A DNA stretch of 31,188 nucleotides from a virus (taxonomy: Duplodnaviria; Caudoviricetes): positions 1 through 31,188 of the IMG/VR virus record IMGVR_UViG_3300016667_001244. One strand, 5' to 3'. Each line of letters opens with the position of its first letter. Position 1 is the first letter of the stretch. The notes below the pieces were generated by a model that saw only the letters and a list, made by a program, of their open reading frames with translations, had not been told where the DNA came from and ran no database searches. The position numbers were made by a program, and so were the translations under genes. Below are positions 17,924 through 27,809 of the stretch, piece after piece.

Positions 17924-19210
17924 ATGGCTCTCTCGGCTCTCAATCTCGACATTCGCTCTACTAAGAACCTCTTCAAGCGTTTCTCTGCTAATCGTGCGAC
18001 CATGCTTCGTGGTCGGCATGGTATCGGCAAGTCGCAGGTGGTCTATCAGATCGCTAGCGAGCTTCGTCACGATTTCTACAAGGATCGTGGTAACTGCGAG
18101 CGGGTGACCGCTGCTCTTGGCAAGGATTCTGGCTTTGCCAAGGCAATCGCTTCGTTCTGGAAGCGTAACGGTAGCAATCCTGCTTATGCGGATATGCCTC
18201 GCAACGTGTGGCATTACGATATGGGTATCCCGGTTGTGGAGCGTCGTCTGTCGCAGATGACCGAGGGTGATATCACGGGTATTCCTTTCGAGGGTAACAG
18301 GGGTGGCACGGTGTTCCGTGCTTGTGAGTGGCTTCTCGCTACTTGCGAGTTTCCTTGTGTGCTCTTCCTTGATGAGCTTAACCGTGCGATCAAGGGTGTG
18401 GAGCAAGCCACGTTCCAGCTTGCGGATAGCAAGGCGTTCGATGGCAACCTTCTCCATGAGGGTACCCGTGTGATGGTTGCCGTGAATATCGGTGATCAGT
18501 ACGATGTTACTCCGATGGACCCTGCTGCTCTGAGCCGTTATGCGGTTGTGGATCTTGATCCCACTACGCAGGATTGGCTTGATTGGGCTAACGATAACTG
18601 CAATCAGGCTCTTGTAGAGTTTATTCGCAGCAATGAGAAGTACCTTGAGTATAAGGATACCTGCGAGCCTAACAAGAAGTACCCCGATCGTCGTGCATGG
18701 GGTAATCTTGATGCGGAGCTCGCTCAGTCGGGCCTTTACAGTGCTCCCGAGGATGTTGTGTTCTGCCATATGGCTGCCAGCATGGTTGGTTTTGAGGCTG
18801 CTAACGCTTTCTGGAAGTTTGTAAAGGAGCGTGATGCGGATATCTCTGCGGAGGATGTTCTCAAGGACTGGAATGGTACCAAGGCTCGGCTTCCCAAGGA
18901 TGATGCCAAGCGTCATGCCAAGTTCATCGATATCATGGGCAAGCTTGATCACAAGCTTAAGACTCATACTCTTACTGAATCTGAGGCTGTACAGATCGGT
19001 GCTTACATGAAGGATGCTCCTGCGGAGGTTCTCATGGCTGCTTGGAAGTCTCTGAACGTCAACCGTCCTAATGCCTTCAAGGTTCACTCTCACATCGAAG
19101 ATCTCCTTGTGCGAGTGCTTGCTGGTAACACTCCTGCTCCCAAGGCTGCTGCTCCTGCTGCTCCTGCTGCTCCTGCAACCCCTGTCAAGGCTCGCACTCG
19201 CAAGCGTTGA
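17924..19210 (+). CDS. MoxR-like AAA+ ATPase (partner of the VWA protein)
   Basis: Walker A GRHGIGKS, Walker B LFLDELNRA, sensor VAVN, arginine finger DPAALSRY, PDRRAW, AAGGA SD. Confidence 0.9.
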   Translation: MALSALNLDIRSTKNLFKRFSANRATMLRGRHGIGKSQVVYQIASELRHDFYKDRGNCERVTAALGKDSGFAKAIASFWKRNGSNPAYADMPRNVWHYDMGIPVVERRLSQMTEGDITGIPFEGNRGGTVFRACEWLLATCEFPCVLFLDELNRAIKGVEQATFQLADSKAFDGNLLHEGTRVMVAVNIGDQYDVTPMDPAALSRYAVVDLDPTTQDWLDWANDNCNQALVEFIRSNEKYLEYKDTCEPNKKYPDRRAWGNLDAELAQSGLYSAPEDVVFCHMAASMVGFEAANAFWKFVKERDADISAEDVLKDWNGTKARLPKDDAKRHAKFIDIMGKLDHKLKTHTLTESEAVQIGAYMKDAPAEVLMAAWKSLNVNRPNAFKVHSHIEDLLVRVLAGNTPAPKAAAPAAPAAPATPVKARTRKR

Positions 19211-19243
19211 GAGCCCGCTGGTTAGTCCAGCCTAGACAATCAG

Positions 19244-19280
19244 AAAGGCCGGATACGAAAGTATCCGGCCTTTTTGTTTT
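19244..19280 (+). terminator. Rho-independent terminator
   Basis: Perfect 13-bp stem AAAGGCCGGATAC-GAAA-GTATCCGGCCTTT followed by T tracts. Confidence 0.9.
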
Positions 19281-19332
19281 TGTTTGATTTCTAGGTTTAC
19301 GATTGTTATGGTGAAGTACGAGGTACTGATAC

Positions 19333-19812
19333 ATGACAAATCGTAAAGAGTTGGTTATCAAGTTTGTGAAGCTTAGTGCATATGCCACCATGCCAAAACA
19401 TGCGCATGAGTTTGGCGATGCAGGTTTTGATATTGCTGCTGTAGAAGATACTGTTCTTCCTCCCGGTGAAGTAACCATGGTTAAAACTGGATTGCAGTTG
19501 GCAGATTGTCCATTGGTAGATTCAGATGGTAATGCGTATTATCTAGATGTACGATCACGTTCTGGTCTTTCTAGAAAGCTTGTGTTTCCAGTAACAGGTA
19601 CAGTTGATGTAAACTACCGTGGAGAGATTAATGTTGTTTTAGCCAATCTTTCAAAACAACCGTATCAAGTAAAGCAGGGGGAGCGTATTGCGCAGTTGGT
19701 GATTCAACAGATTTTTGCTAACAGTCCAACATACAAAGTTGATTTTGTTGAAACCGATGTTGTAACAAGCACTGACAGAGGAGCTGGTGGATTTGGATCA
19801 ACAGGTGCATGA
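19333..19812 (+). CDS. dut: Trimeric dUTPase
   Basis: All five motifs: AGFD, RSG, GTVDVNYRGE, RIAQL, RGAGGFGSTG. Confidence 0.95.
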   Translation: MTNRKELVIKFVKLSAYATMPKHAHEFGDAGFDIAAVEDTVLPPGEVTMVKTGLQLADCPLVDSDGNAYYLDVRSRSGLSRKLVFPVTGTVDVNYRGEINVVLANLSKQPYQVKQGERIAQLVIQQIFANSPTYKVDFVETDVVTSTDRGAGGFGSTGA

Positions 19813-19813
19813 A

Positions 19814-20290
19814 ATGTTGATCAAAGAGTTGTTTGATTTAAAACCGGGCACATTCATTAAAGGAATTAAGTTTTTGGAAATATCTCCGTTAGAAGGAAGA
19901 TCTGCGACATTAAACTTGAATGGTTGGCAATCTGATATCAAAGATAAAAGATATACGGATCAATACACTGTTCGAACACCATGGTTTAACAACCCAACGT
20001 TCGAACCTTATGATGGAAATCAATCTTTTGTTGCGTTGTATTCACTGACTCCTTTTGTTGAAAATCCTGATCTTGAAGAAGGTGTGGGAGATAGTTTTCA
20101 AAGCATGGGTTGGTCACATTTTGATTATAATGAACCTGTTGGCATACACTTGGGAGAGTTTGGCGTTTTTGGATCGTGGGCGACGGGCGGTATATTGATA
20201 TACACAAAGATATTGCGTGGGGATGGTGAGATAGGATATTTGGCTTGCACAACAACGGACATAAACAACAAAGATTTGGAGTTGCTATGA
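19814..20290 (+). CDS. Hypothetical protein
   Basis: ATG 19814 just after the dut stop; its stop overlaps the next start (ATGA). Confidence 0.65.
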   Translation: MLIKELFDLKPGTFIKGIKFLEISPLEGRSATLNLNGWQSDIKDKRYTDQYTVRTPWFNNPTFEPYDGNQSFVALYSLTPFVENPDLEEGVGDSFQSMGWSHFDYNEPVGIHLGEFGVFGSWATGGILIYTKILRGDGEIGYLACTTTDINNKDLELL

Positions 20291-21279
20291 TAAACAAACC
20301 AATATTGGTGATAGATGGACTTAATCTTTTTCTAAGATATTTTATGGTTTTAGAAACCGTAACAGCTAGTGGGGATCTAGTTGGCGGAGTTACCGGTTTT
20401 ATTCGTGGGCTAGGTAAGCTTATCTCCCAGCTTCATCCAGATCGTGTGTTTGTTGTATGGGAACAAGGTGGTCCCTCTCCTCGACGCAAACACATTTATT
20501 CTGAATACAAAGCCAATCGTGCGACCAACAAAGGGTTGCAAGAGATGTACCGTAACGATGGTAAGTTCAACCCTAACAGCAACATGAAGAACAAGGTTTA
20601 TCAGTTGCAGTTGTTGAGCAAAGCATTAGGTCATTTACCTGTTTGTCAAGTATATGTGCAAGACACAGAAGCAGATGACATTATTGCTTATCTTGTAAAG
20701 CGTAAGTTTCAGAACGAAGCTTGTACCAAGATCGTAGTATCCAGCGACAAAGACTTTTATCAGCTGTTGGAGGATTCAACGGTAAGAATATACGATCCAG
20801 CAAGAAAGATTCTAATCGATTCCGATTATGTGTTGAAAAATTTTAGCGTGTCCCCAAGAAACATTACGCTTGCACGTTCTGTTGTTGGGGATGTTAGTGA
20901 TAATCTAAATGGTGTTCCCGGTGTTGGATTCAAAACTCTTGCAACACGATTTCCCGACTTTATAAGGACCGATATAGACCTTGATCAAGCTTGGTTGATG
21001 GAACGGGCACGAACAGAAACAACTGCCTCTAAAAAGCCTCCTAAGTGCTTTGGTGACATTGTGAGTCATTCATCTGTTGTGGCGAGAAACTGGCAGTTGA
21101 TGTATTTGGATACATCTTGTTTGGCTGCAAATCAGATTAGCAAGGTAGATTACAAGGTTGAAAATTTTCAACCTGTTGCTGATAAGTTGGGTTATATAAA
21201 AACGTTCACAGGAGCGGACATTCCGCTAACAAACGATTTAGATTTCACGTTTTCTATGGCAAAAACATTAGTTCGATAA
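20287..21279 (+). CDS. 5'-3' exonuclease / flap endonuclease (T4 RNase H-like)
   Basis: IDGLNLF, YKANR, EADDIIA, SSDKDFYQL and H3TH GDVSDNLNGVPGVG. Confidence 0.92.
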   Translation: MINKPILVIDGLNLFLRYFMVLETVTASGDLVGGVTGFIRGLGKLISQLHPDRVFVVWEQGGPSPRRKHIYSEYKANRATNKGLQEMYRNDGKFNPNSNMKNKVYQLQLLSKALGHLPVCQVYVQDTEADDIIAYLVKRKFQNEACTKIVVSSDKDFYQLLEDSTVRIYDPARKILIDSDYVLKNFSVSPRNITLARSVVGDVSDNLNGVPGVGFKTLATRFPDFIRTDIDLDQAWLMERARTETTASKKPPKCFGDIVSHSSVVARNWQLMYLDTSCLAANQISKVDYKVENFQPVADKLGYIKTFTGADIPLTNDLDFTFSMAKTLVR

Positions 21280-21389
21280 TCTTGGGCAACCTTTGGAGTG
21301 GATGATAGTTACTTCTACCCCATGACGTTGCAACCCTTTTAGTTTCCGAATATGTCCTGATAGAGTAGATTAGATAGTTCTCATAGGAA

Positions 21390-22841
21390 ATGGAGCAACA
21401 ACATATGTCTTCGACAAAAACAAACGCAGCAGGATTCGGTAACCTCGGGAAGAGCTTTCAAGAGAAAGTTCTGCAAGCACTTCTTACAGACCGAAACTGG
21501 GCAACTCAGTTCATCGAAGTATTCTCTGTGGATGAATGCCTTGAACCTGTTTACCTCAAACTTATTGCTAACAAATATATCAGCTATTATCACAGCTACA
21601 AAGAGTTCCCCACAATGGAACTTCTTATTACCATCATCAAAGATGAACTAAGCAACAACTCCGATCTTGTGCTTCGTGAGCAATGTCACGGCTTCCTGCA
21701 AAAAGTTATTCGCAGCGAAGAAATGAATGATCTTCCTTGGGTCAAAGAAAAAGCATTCACCTTTTGTCGTCAGCAACTTCTTAAAAAAGCTCTATCTGAG
21801 TCTGTGGATATCATCCTCACAGACAAATATGAAACTGTTGTTGATATCATGAAAACAGCGATTGCTGCCGGTATGTCTAGCTCTCCCGGCCATGATTATA
21901 ACAACGACATTGACGCTAGATATAGTGTCACATATCGTCATCCTATTGCTACAGGCATTGCCGAACTAGACGATAAAAAGGTTATGGCAGGTGGTCTAGG
22001 TGCTGGGGAGATTGGTATTGTTGTTGCACCATCTGGTGTGGGTAAATCTCACCTACTCACACACTTTGGTGCTCAAGCATTGCTCAAGGGCAAGAATGTG
22101 TATCACTACACGATGGAGCTTAACGAGCGTTATGTGGGTATTCGTTACGACTCTCACCTAACACAAATCAATAGCAGTGATTGTATTGATGCCAAAGATA
22201 TCATCAAGGATTATTTCGAAGCTAACAAAGAACACCTTGGTAGACTTATCATTAAAGAGTTCCCAGCACGTTCTATTACTTGTAACACCATCAAATCTCA
22301 CATTGAAAAGATGAGCTACAAGGGTATTAAACCAGATCTTGTATTGATCGACTATGCAGGTATTATTCGCAGCACAGAGCGTTATGATCTTCCAAGATTG
22401 GAAATGCAATACGTGATTCAAGAGATTCGTAAGATGGCTAAAGAACTTGACTGCCCTGTGTGGACAGCGTTGCAATCAAACAAGGATGGTGCGAAGTCTG
22501 ATATTGTAGATCTAACAAACATGGCTGAGTCTTATGGACAAGCAGCAGAAGCAGACTTTGTTCTTGGCCTACAACGTTTGAGCACACAAAAAGCAACAGG
22601 TCTTGGTACACTCTTCATAGCCAAGAACCGGTTTGGTATTGATGGTTTGCAGTTCAAGGTTCACGTTGATACTGCAAGAAGCAAACTTCGTGTTTTGACG
22701 GCTGATGAAGTTGAAGGACTTCAAGTTGAAATAGAAACAGAAAAAGAACGTATGCAAGATGATACTGTGAGCCGTTTCAAAGAAGCTATCAAGAAAAGCA
22801 AAGAAAAGTTTCAGCTTACAAAGCTAAACGCAAATCACTGA
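21390..22841 (+). CDS. Replicative DnaB-like (T4 gp41-like) helicase
   Basis: Walker A APSGVGKS, YTMEL, LIDYA, WTALQSN, KNRFG. Confidence 0.92.
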   Translation: MEQQHMSSTKTNAAGFGNLGKSFQEKVLQALLTDRNWATQFIEVFSVDECLEPVYLKLIANKYISYYHSYKEFPTMELLITIIKDELSNNSDLVLREQCHGFLQKVIRSEEMNDLPWVKEKAFTFCRQQLLKKALSESVDIILTDKYETVVDIMKTAIAAGMSSSPGHDYNNDIDARYSVTYRHPIATGIAELDDKKVMAGGLGAGEIGIVVAPSGVGKSHLLTHFGAQALLKGKNVYHYTMELNERYVGIRYDSHLTQINSSDCIDAKDIIKDYFEANKEHLGRLIIKEFPARSITCNTIKSHIEKMSYKGIKPDLVLIDYAGIIRSTERYDLPRLEMQYVIQEIRKMAKELDCPVWTALQSNKDGAKSDIVDLTNMAESYGQAAEADFVLGLQRLSTQKATGLGTLFIAKNRFGIDGLQFKVHVDTARSKLRVLTADEVEGLQVEIETEKERMQDDTVSRFKEAIKKSKEKFQLTKLNANH

Positions 22842-22857
22842 AAGATAAGGCATTAAT

Positions 22858-23823
22858 ATGTTGTTAGATGGACGTATAACCTATAAACCGTTTCTATATG
22901 ATAAAGCACATGATTTTTGGCTCAAGCAACAACAAGCACATTGGCTACCATCAGAAGTTCAAATGGCTTCCGATATTCAAGATTGGGCAGAACATCTAAC
23001 ACCAGAAGAAAAACAAGTTGTTGGCGGGGTTCTAAAAGGTTTTATTCAAACCGAACTAGTTGTAAACGATTACTGGACAACCAAGATTGCTAAATGGTTT
23101 CCTCACCCAGAAATCGTTATGATGGGTACAGCCTTCGGCAACATGGAAACCGTACACACTATCGGTTATGCATACCTAAATGATTCACTTGGCCTAACAG
23201 AATATGATGCGTTTCTTCAAGAACCAACAGCCAAAGCAAAGATTGATCGTTTGCTTGATGTGAAAGGTGATGATAAACATGATATCGCCCGCTCTCTTGC
23301 TATCTTTTCTGGATTTACAGAAGGAGTTTCTCTGTTCTCGTCTTTCGCTATATTGTTCAACTTCTCCAGATGGAATAAACTCAAGGGTGTTGGGCAAATC
23401 ATCTCATGGTCAGTCAGAGATGAATCTTTGCATAGCGAAGCAGGATGCTGGTTGTTCCGTGAGTTTATCAAGGAATACCCAGAAGTGTGGACAGATGAAG
23501 TAAAGAAAAGCATTTACGAAGCAGCAAGAGTTACTATCGAACTTGAAGATGATTTCATTGACAAAGTTTTTCAAGGGTGTAAGATAGAGGGTATTGATGC
23601 CAAGGATATCAAGCAGTTTATTCGTTATCGTGCAAACACTAAGCTTGGTGAACTTGGACTAAAAAGAAACTGGAAGAATATTGACCAAGAAGCTATCAAG
23701 CGTATGGCTTGGTTTGACCTAATGACTGCTGGAGTTGAACACACCGATTTCTTTGCACAGAAGGTTACAAGTTACTCCAAGGGTCACGTTGATTTCTCTA
23801 ATATTTGGGAAGAAGGTAAATGA
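22858..23823 (+). CDS. nrdB: Class I ribonucleotide reductase beta subunit
   Basis: HWLPSEV, ETVHTIGY (ExxH plus Tyr), EGVSLFSSF, RDESLH, C-terminal DFF...Y. Confidence 0.95.
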   Translation: MLLDGRITYKPFLYDKAHDFWLKQQQAHWLPSEVQMASDIQDWAEHLTPEEKQVVGGVLKGFIQTELVVNDYWTTKIAKWFPHPEIVMMGTAFGNMETVHTIGYAYLNDSLGLTEYDAFLQEPTAKAKIDRLLDVKGDDKHDIARSLAIFSGFTEGVSLFSSFAILFNFSRWNKLKGVGQIISWSVRDESLHSEAGCWLFREFIKEYPEVWTDEVKKSIYEAARVTIELEDDFIDKVFQGCKIEGIDAKDIKQFIRYRANTKLGELGLKRNWKNIDQEAIKRMAWFDLMTAGVEHTDFFAQKVTSYSKGHVDFSNIWEEGK

Positions 23824-25541
23824 GTATGTCTACAGCAGAAGAACTAGAAAAACTAAAAACAGAAAACGATGCACCAGAATGGCTTACAGAAGAAAGCTAC
23901 CGAATGCTTCGTGGAACATATCTCCTTGAAGGAGAAACACCTCGGGATATGTGGCAACGTGTTTCTAACTCTTCTGCTAAACACCTTGGCAAAATGGAGC
24001 TTGCAAGCAAGTTCTTTGATCTTATGTGGAATAACTGGTTAGGTCTTGCTTCTCCAGTTGCAGCTAACACAGGCACAACAAGAGGTCTTCCTATCTCATG
24101 CTTCTCTCTTGCTGTTCCAGACTCTATTGACGGTATTATGAGCTCCATGCATGAGCTTGCAGCTATGACTAAGAATGGTGGTGGGGTTGGTGTTCACTGG
24201 AACGGTGTGCGCCCACAAGGGGCAACCATTCGTGGCAATGGCAAATCAGAAGGTGTTGTTCCGTTTATCAAGATTCAAGATTCTACCACCATTGGTGTTT
24301 CTCAAGGTGGTGTACGTCGTGGAGCTTCTGCCGCTTACCTTCCTGTAGACCATGGAGACTTCTGGCAGTTTATTCGTATGCGTCGTCCAGAAGGTGATCA
24401 AAACCGTCAATGCTTGAATACTCACCATGGCATTTGCATTACCGATGATTTCATTGCACGGGCAAAAGCTGGAGATAAAGAAGCAAGAGAAAAGTGGAGC
24501 GAGATTCTAAAGGCTCGTATGGAAACAGGCGAACCTTATCTTTTCTTCTCAGATAACGTTGCACGCAATCGTCCAGACTGCTACAAAGAAAGAAACCTTG
24601 ATGTAAAGGGTTCTAATATCTGCACTGAGATCTTCCTTCATACAGACGATGATCATTCATTCGTTTGTTGTCTTTCATCCATGAACCTTGCTCGTTGGGA
24701 TGAATGGAAGGATACAGACGCAGTAAATCTTGCTACATGGTTCCTTGACGGTATTCTTACAGAGTTTATTCTCAAGGCTTCTAAGATTGCAGGGTTTGAA
24801 CGTGCTGTTCGTTCAGCAGAGAAGGGCAGAGCTATTGGTCTTGGAGCTATGGGTTTTCATACGTACCTTCAACAACATATGATTCCAGTAGATTCTTTTG
24901 AAGCGTTTCGTATTAACGCTCAGATGTTTTCTGGTCTTCAACGCAACGCTCTAAAAGCCTCTACAGAGCTTGCAAAAGAATATGGTGAACCAGAGTGGTG
25001 TCAAGGTTCTGGAAGACGTAATACCCACCTTATTGCGCTTGCACCAACTGTTTCTAACTCACTTATCTCAGGTAACGTTTCCCCCAGCATTGAACCTTGG
25101 GCAGCTAACGTGTTCGTTCAAAAGAGTGCTAAGGGAACCATTATCCAACAAAACAGAACTCTTGTTGCTCTTCTTGAGAAGAAGGGTAAGAATACAGATG
25201 AAGTTTGGAAGAGCATTGAACGTGAAAATGGTTCAGTTCAACACCTAGACTTCCTATCAGCAGAAGAGAAGGAAGTATTTTTGACTGCGAGAGAGTTGAA
25301 TCAGTTTACTCTAGTGAAGCTTGCTGGTCAACGTCAACGCTGGATTGATCAAGGCCAATCATTGAACTTGTTCTTCCCAGAGAATGCTGATCCAAGATAT
25401 ATTCATGAAGTTCATTTGATGGCTCACGCTGAAGGATTGAATAGTTTGTATTATCTCAGAACAAGCTCTGTTATTAGAGGTGATAGTGGAAGTAGAGAGT
25501 ACAAGCGTGAATCAACAGAATGCAAAGCTTGTGAGGGTTGA
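23820..25541 (+). CDS. nrdA: Class I ribonucleotide reductase alpha subunit, short form without ATP cone
   Basis: PISCF, GGGVG, SNICTEI (NxCxE), VCCLSS, APTVSNS, LYYLR, C-terminal CKAC. Confidence 0.95.
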   Translation: MSMSTAEELEKLKTENDAPEWLTEESYRMLRGTYLLEGETPRDMWQRVSNSSAKHLGKMELASKFFDLMWNNWLGLASPVAANTGTTRGLPISCFSLAVPDSIDGIMSSMHELAAMTKNGGGVGVHWNGVRPQGATIRGNGKSEGVVPFIKIQDSTTIGVSQGGVRRGASAAYLPVDHGDFWQFIRMRRPEGDQNRQCLNTHHGICITDDFIARAKAGDKEAREKWSEILKARMETGEPYLFFSDNVARNRPDCYKERNLDVKGSNICTEIFLHTDDDHSFVCCLSSMNLARWDEWKDTDAVNLATWFLDGILTEFILKASKIAGFERAVRSAEKGRAIGLGAMGFHTYLQQHMIPVDSFEAFRINAQMFSGLQRNALKASTELAKEYGEPEWCQGSGRRNTHLIALAPTVSNSLISGNVSPSIEPWAANVFVQKSAKGTIIQQNRTLVALLEKKGKNTDEVWKSIERENGSVQHLDFLSAEEKEVFLTARELNQFTLVKLAGQRQRWIDQGQSLNLFFPENADPRYIHEVHLMAHAEGLNSLYYLRTSSVIRGDSGSREYKRESTECKACEG

Positions 25542-25553
25542 TAGTTATATCGC

Positions 25554-26162
25554 ATGAGCAAACTAAAAAGCTTTCTGTACGAAGACGCAGCAATAGAAGA
25601 AGCGATGGCTATCAGTGCTGGGGGAGCTTCTTTGGCTGCTTCTGGTCAAATCAGTGGTGGTATGCAACTACCTCTTGGAATGAAGCCGGGACAAAAAGTA
25701 AAACGCCGCAAAAAAGGAAAGGTTATTTCAGCTTCTCCTGCTGTTCATAACCCAGATGCTCTTGCTCTCCAAGAAATGCCTCACGTTGCATATAACGATT
25801 ACGAACCAAAAGATTTCGAAGTGGAAAAGCTCGATATCTCACCAGAAAAGAAACGCAATATACTTCTTGCTTTCCGTGATACTGGGGTGTTATGTCACGG
25901 TCCAGACGGTCAATGGATGGTATGCACTCTTGATGATGTTCGCAAAGCAACCAAATCTGAAATAGCTGATGACTCTATTCCTCATCTCGAAGTTACCCTT
26001 GAGTACGAACACGATATTCAAGAAAGCTTTGGAGCGATGCATAAACCGGACTTCGAGGGTCCAGCAATGCCGGGACTATGGAAGGGTTTAGAAGATTCAA
26101 ATGAGCCTGTAAAGACAGGCTCACCAGAACTTGATAAAGATATCGAAGACTCGTTAATCTGA
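25554..26162 (+). CDS. Hypothetical protein, putative late/head-associated
   Basis: 202-aa ORF preceded by ATAGTTAT; leader MSKLKSFLYE. Confidence 0.65.
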   Translation: MSKLKSFLYEDAAIEEAMAISAGGASLAASGQISGGMQLPLGMKPGQKVKRRKKGKVISASPAVHNPDALALQEMPHVAYNDYEPKDFEVEKLDISPEKKRNILLAFRDTGVLCHGPDGQWMVCTLDDVRKATKSEIADDSIPHLEVTLEYEHDIQESFGAMHKPDFEGPAMPGLWKGLEDSNEPVKTGSPELDKDIEDSLI

Positions 26163-26993
26163 ATAACTTGCAGAGCTGCCGTATAGTCTGTAAAAGAATT
26201 TATTTCCAGAATCATTAAACAACCCTGCGATATCTTTTTCGTTAAACTGAGGAAGTTTTTCAGTTAATTTCGCAACTAGTTGTTCACCATCAGCATACAT
26301 TTGTTTGATTTTTGAATCATGTGATGTTGTGCGATATGCCCAAAGCCAGCCATAGTTTTCTGGATCTAAACTATGTTCTTGTAGCCAATGTAGAAATTCT
26401 TGTTCGTCTTCAGCATCTACCAGATTTTTTTCTATTAGTTTTCGATATTCGAATAGATCAGAATTTGCGGCACCGATCCAAAAACGATCAGTAACAATAT
26501 CTTTTTCTCCCCATTCACCAAGCCATTTCCGGTAGTAAACTCCTTGGTTCGAGAGTTTGTACATTGTTTTCCAGACTCTTTGGCTTGCTGGTTTGAGAGA
26601 TTCATCGCTCATAAGCCAATCACCAGTTTCGTACATAACTAGTTGGTATGCCAACGGACCAAAGCTAGCCACCCCAGCACTAGTGTTAACATCGTATAGG
26701 CCGTCCGAGTGGCTGCTGTAATGAACATAGCCAACAACTGCACGTTTTGATAGAAGTTTACTAATAAAGGTAGCCGAAGGAGTATCTGGACTTATTTCTC
26801 CCATGTCCCAACTTTTTTTTTGCATCGATTGCAGAATACTTGTTGCTCTAGATGTGCTGATCAAAACAATACTGTGCTCGGTTGGTGATCCATCCTCATA
26901 ATCATCGCTGCTAATGGCTACAATACCTTTGCCAAGTGCATCAGTTGCTGTTTTAGCTGCTTCGTTTACATATATGATTGGACAGAGTTTCAT
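26154..26993 (-). CDS. GNAT-like paralog 6 with capsid-targeting-like leader
   Basis: MKLCPIIYVNEAA; TSAGVASFGPLAYQLVM...WLMSDESLKPASQRVW. Closest to paralog 1. Confidence 0.75.
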   Translation of the reverse strand: MKLCPIIYVNEAAKTATDALGKGIVAISSDDYEDGSPTEHSIVLISTSRATSILQSMQKKSWDMGEISPDTPSATFISKLLSKRAVVGYVHYSSHSDGLYDVNTSAGVASFGPLAYQLVMYETGDWLMSDESLKPASQRVWKTMYKLSNQGVYYRKWLGEWGEKDIVTDRFWIGAANSDLFEYRKLIEKNLVDAEDEQEFLHWLQEHSLDPENYGWLWAYRTTSHDSKIKQMYADGEQLVAKLTEKLPQFNEKDIAGLFNDSGNKFFYRLYGSSASYSD

Positions 26994-27799
26994 TGGTGCA
27001 CCTCATAAAGTCGGATAAACATATTTCCAGCTGCTATAGTTATAGCATCTTCCACATGTTTTTTTTCAAGATCCAAGCTAGCTTCAAACATTCCCACAAT
27101 ATCGTCCCCAGCATCAAGTAACTTGTTGTATTTCGAAAGATTTTTGCCGGTTTTTTTCCGATAAGCATAAAATGGTCCAAGTTTTTCTTTATCTTCTGGT
27201 GGAAGCGACTCCATAAACTTTTTAAACCAATCTTTTGGAACCCTATTCATATTAGCGAGCTCATATCGTTCTTGACCAGCAGCGTCGCTTGTTAGACCAG
27301 CTACTTTAAAGCTAGATTCTAAAGCTCGGGCTGGATTATCCCCATAACCTACTTTATCAACAGACACTGCTTCCACGTCTTTACGTTGAAGCATTTTGTT
27401 CCATACATTTCGTGATTCGTCGGTGAGGGAATAATCTGAACGAAGATAAGCTGGGTATATCAAACCCATTATAACATCATAAAGCATTGGACCATATTTC
27501 GCAACAGCAACAGAAGTTGATACTCTCCAAACATTTGGATCTGCTTCTTCGGCCACTACGCTTCCAATAACCGCTCGTTTGCCAATCATTTTGCTCAACC
27601 ATCTTTGTCTGAAGTCGATGCGTGCCATCGAGGCCGACGTAATCGCATTGTAAGATTCAACGATTTCTTCACAACGGGTTGTGCTGATCAAAACAGCTGC
27701 GACTTCTTTTTCATGGCGTATAACAAACAAACCCAGTTCGGATTCAATAGCGTCTTCTGGAGATTTTGCAGCTTCAAACAATAGCTGATAGAGTTTCAT
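26990..27799 (-). CDS. GNAT-like paralog 5
   Basis: MKLYQLLFEAA; SVAVAKYGPMLYDVIM...YLRSDYSLTDESRNVW. Confidence 0.75.
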   Translation of the reverse strand: MKLYQLLFEAAKSPEDAIESELGLFVIRHEKEVAAVLISTTRCEEIVESYNAITSASMARIDFRQRWLSKMIGKRAVIGSVVAEEADPNVWRVSTSVAVAKYGPMLYDVIMGLIYPAYLRSDYSLTDESRNVWNKMLQRKDVEAVSVDKVGYGDNPARALESSFKVAGLTSDAAGQERYELANMNRVPKDWFKKFMESLPPEDKEKLGPFYAYRKKTGKNLSKYNKLLDAGDDIVGMFEASLDLEKKHVEDAITIAAGNMFIRLYEVHQ

Positions 27800-27809
27800 G
27801 ATTTATCTT

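Noticed and set aside
17867-19093. 408-aa antisense ORF over the AAA+ gene, plus shorter ones over the VWA gene
   Set aside because: Shadow ORF explained by the sense gene's avoidance of TTA/CTA/TCA codons; no SD or recognisable motifs.
19135-19177. GCTCCTGCT tandem repeats here and, inverted, at about 14436-14474
   Set aside because: They encode Pro-Ala-Ala low-complexity linkers; similarity follows from amino-acid and codon bias.
21390-25541. Inteins or introns in the helicase and RNR genes (common hotspots)
   Set aside because: The ORFs are continuous and of normal or short length, with no intein motifs.
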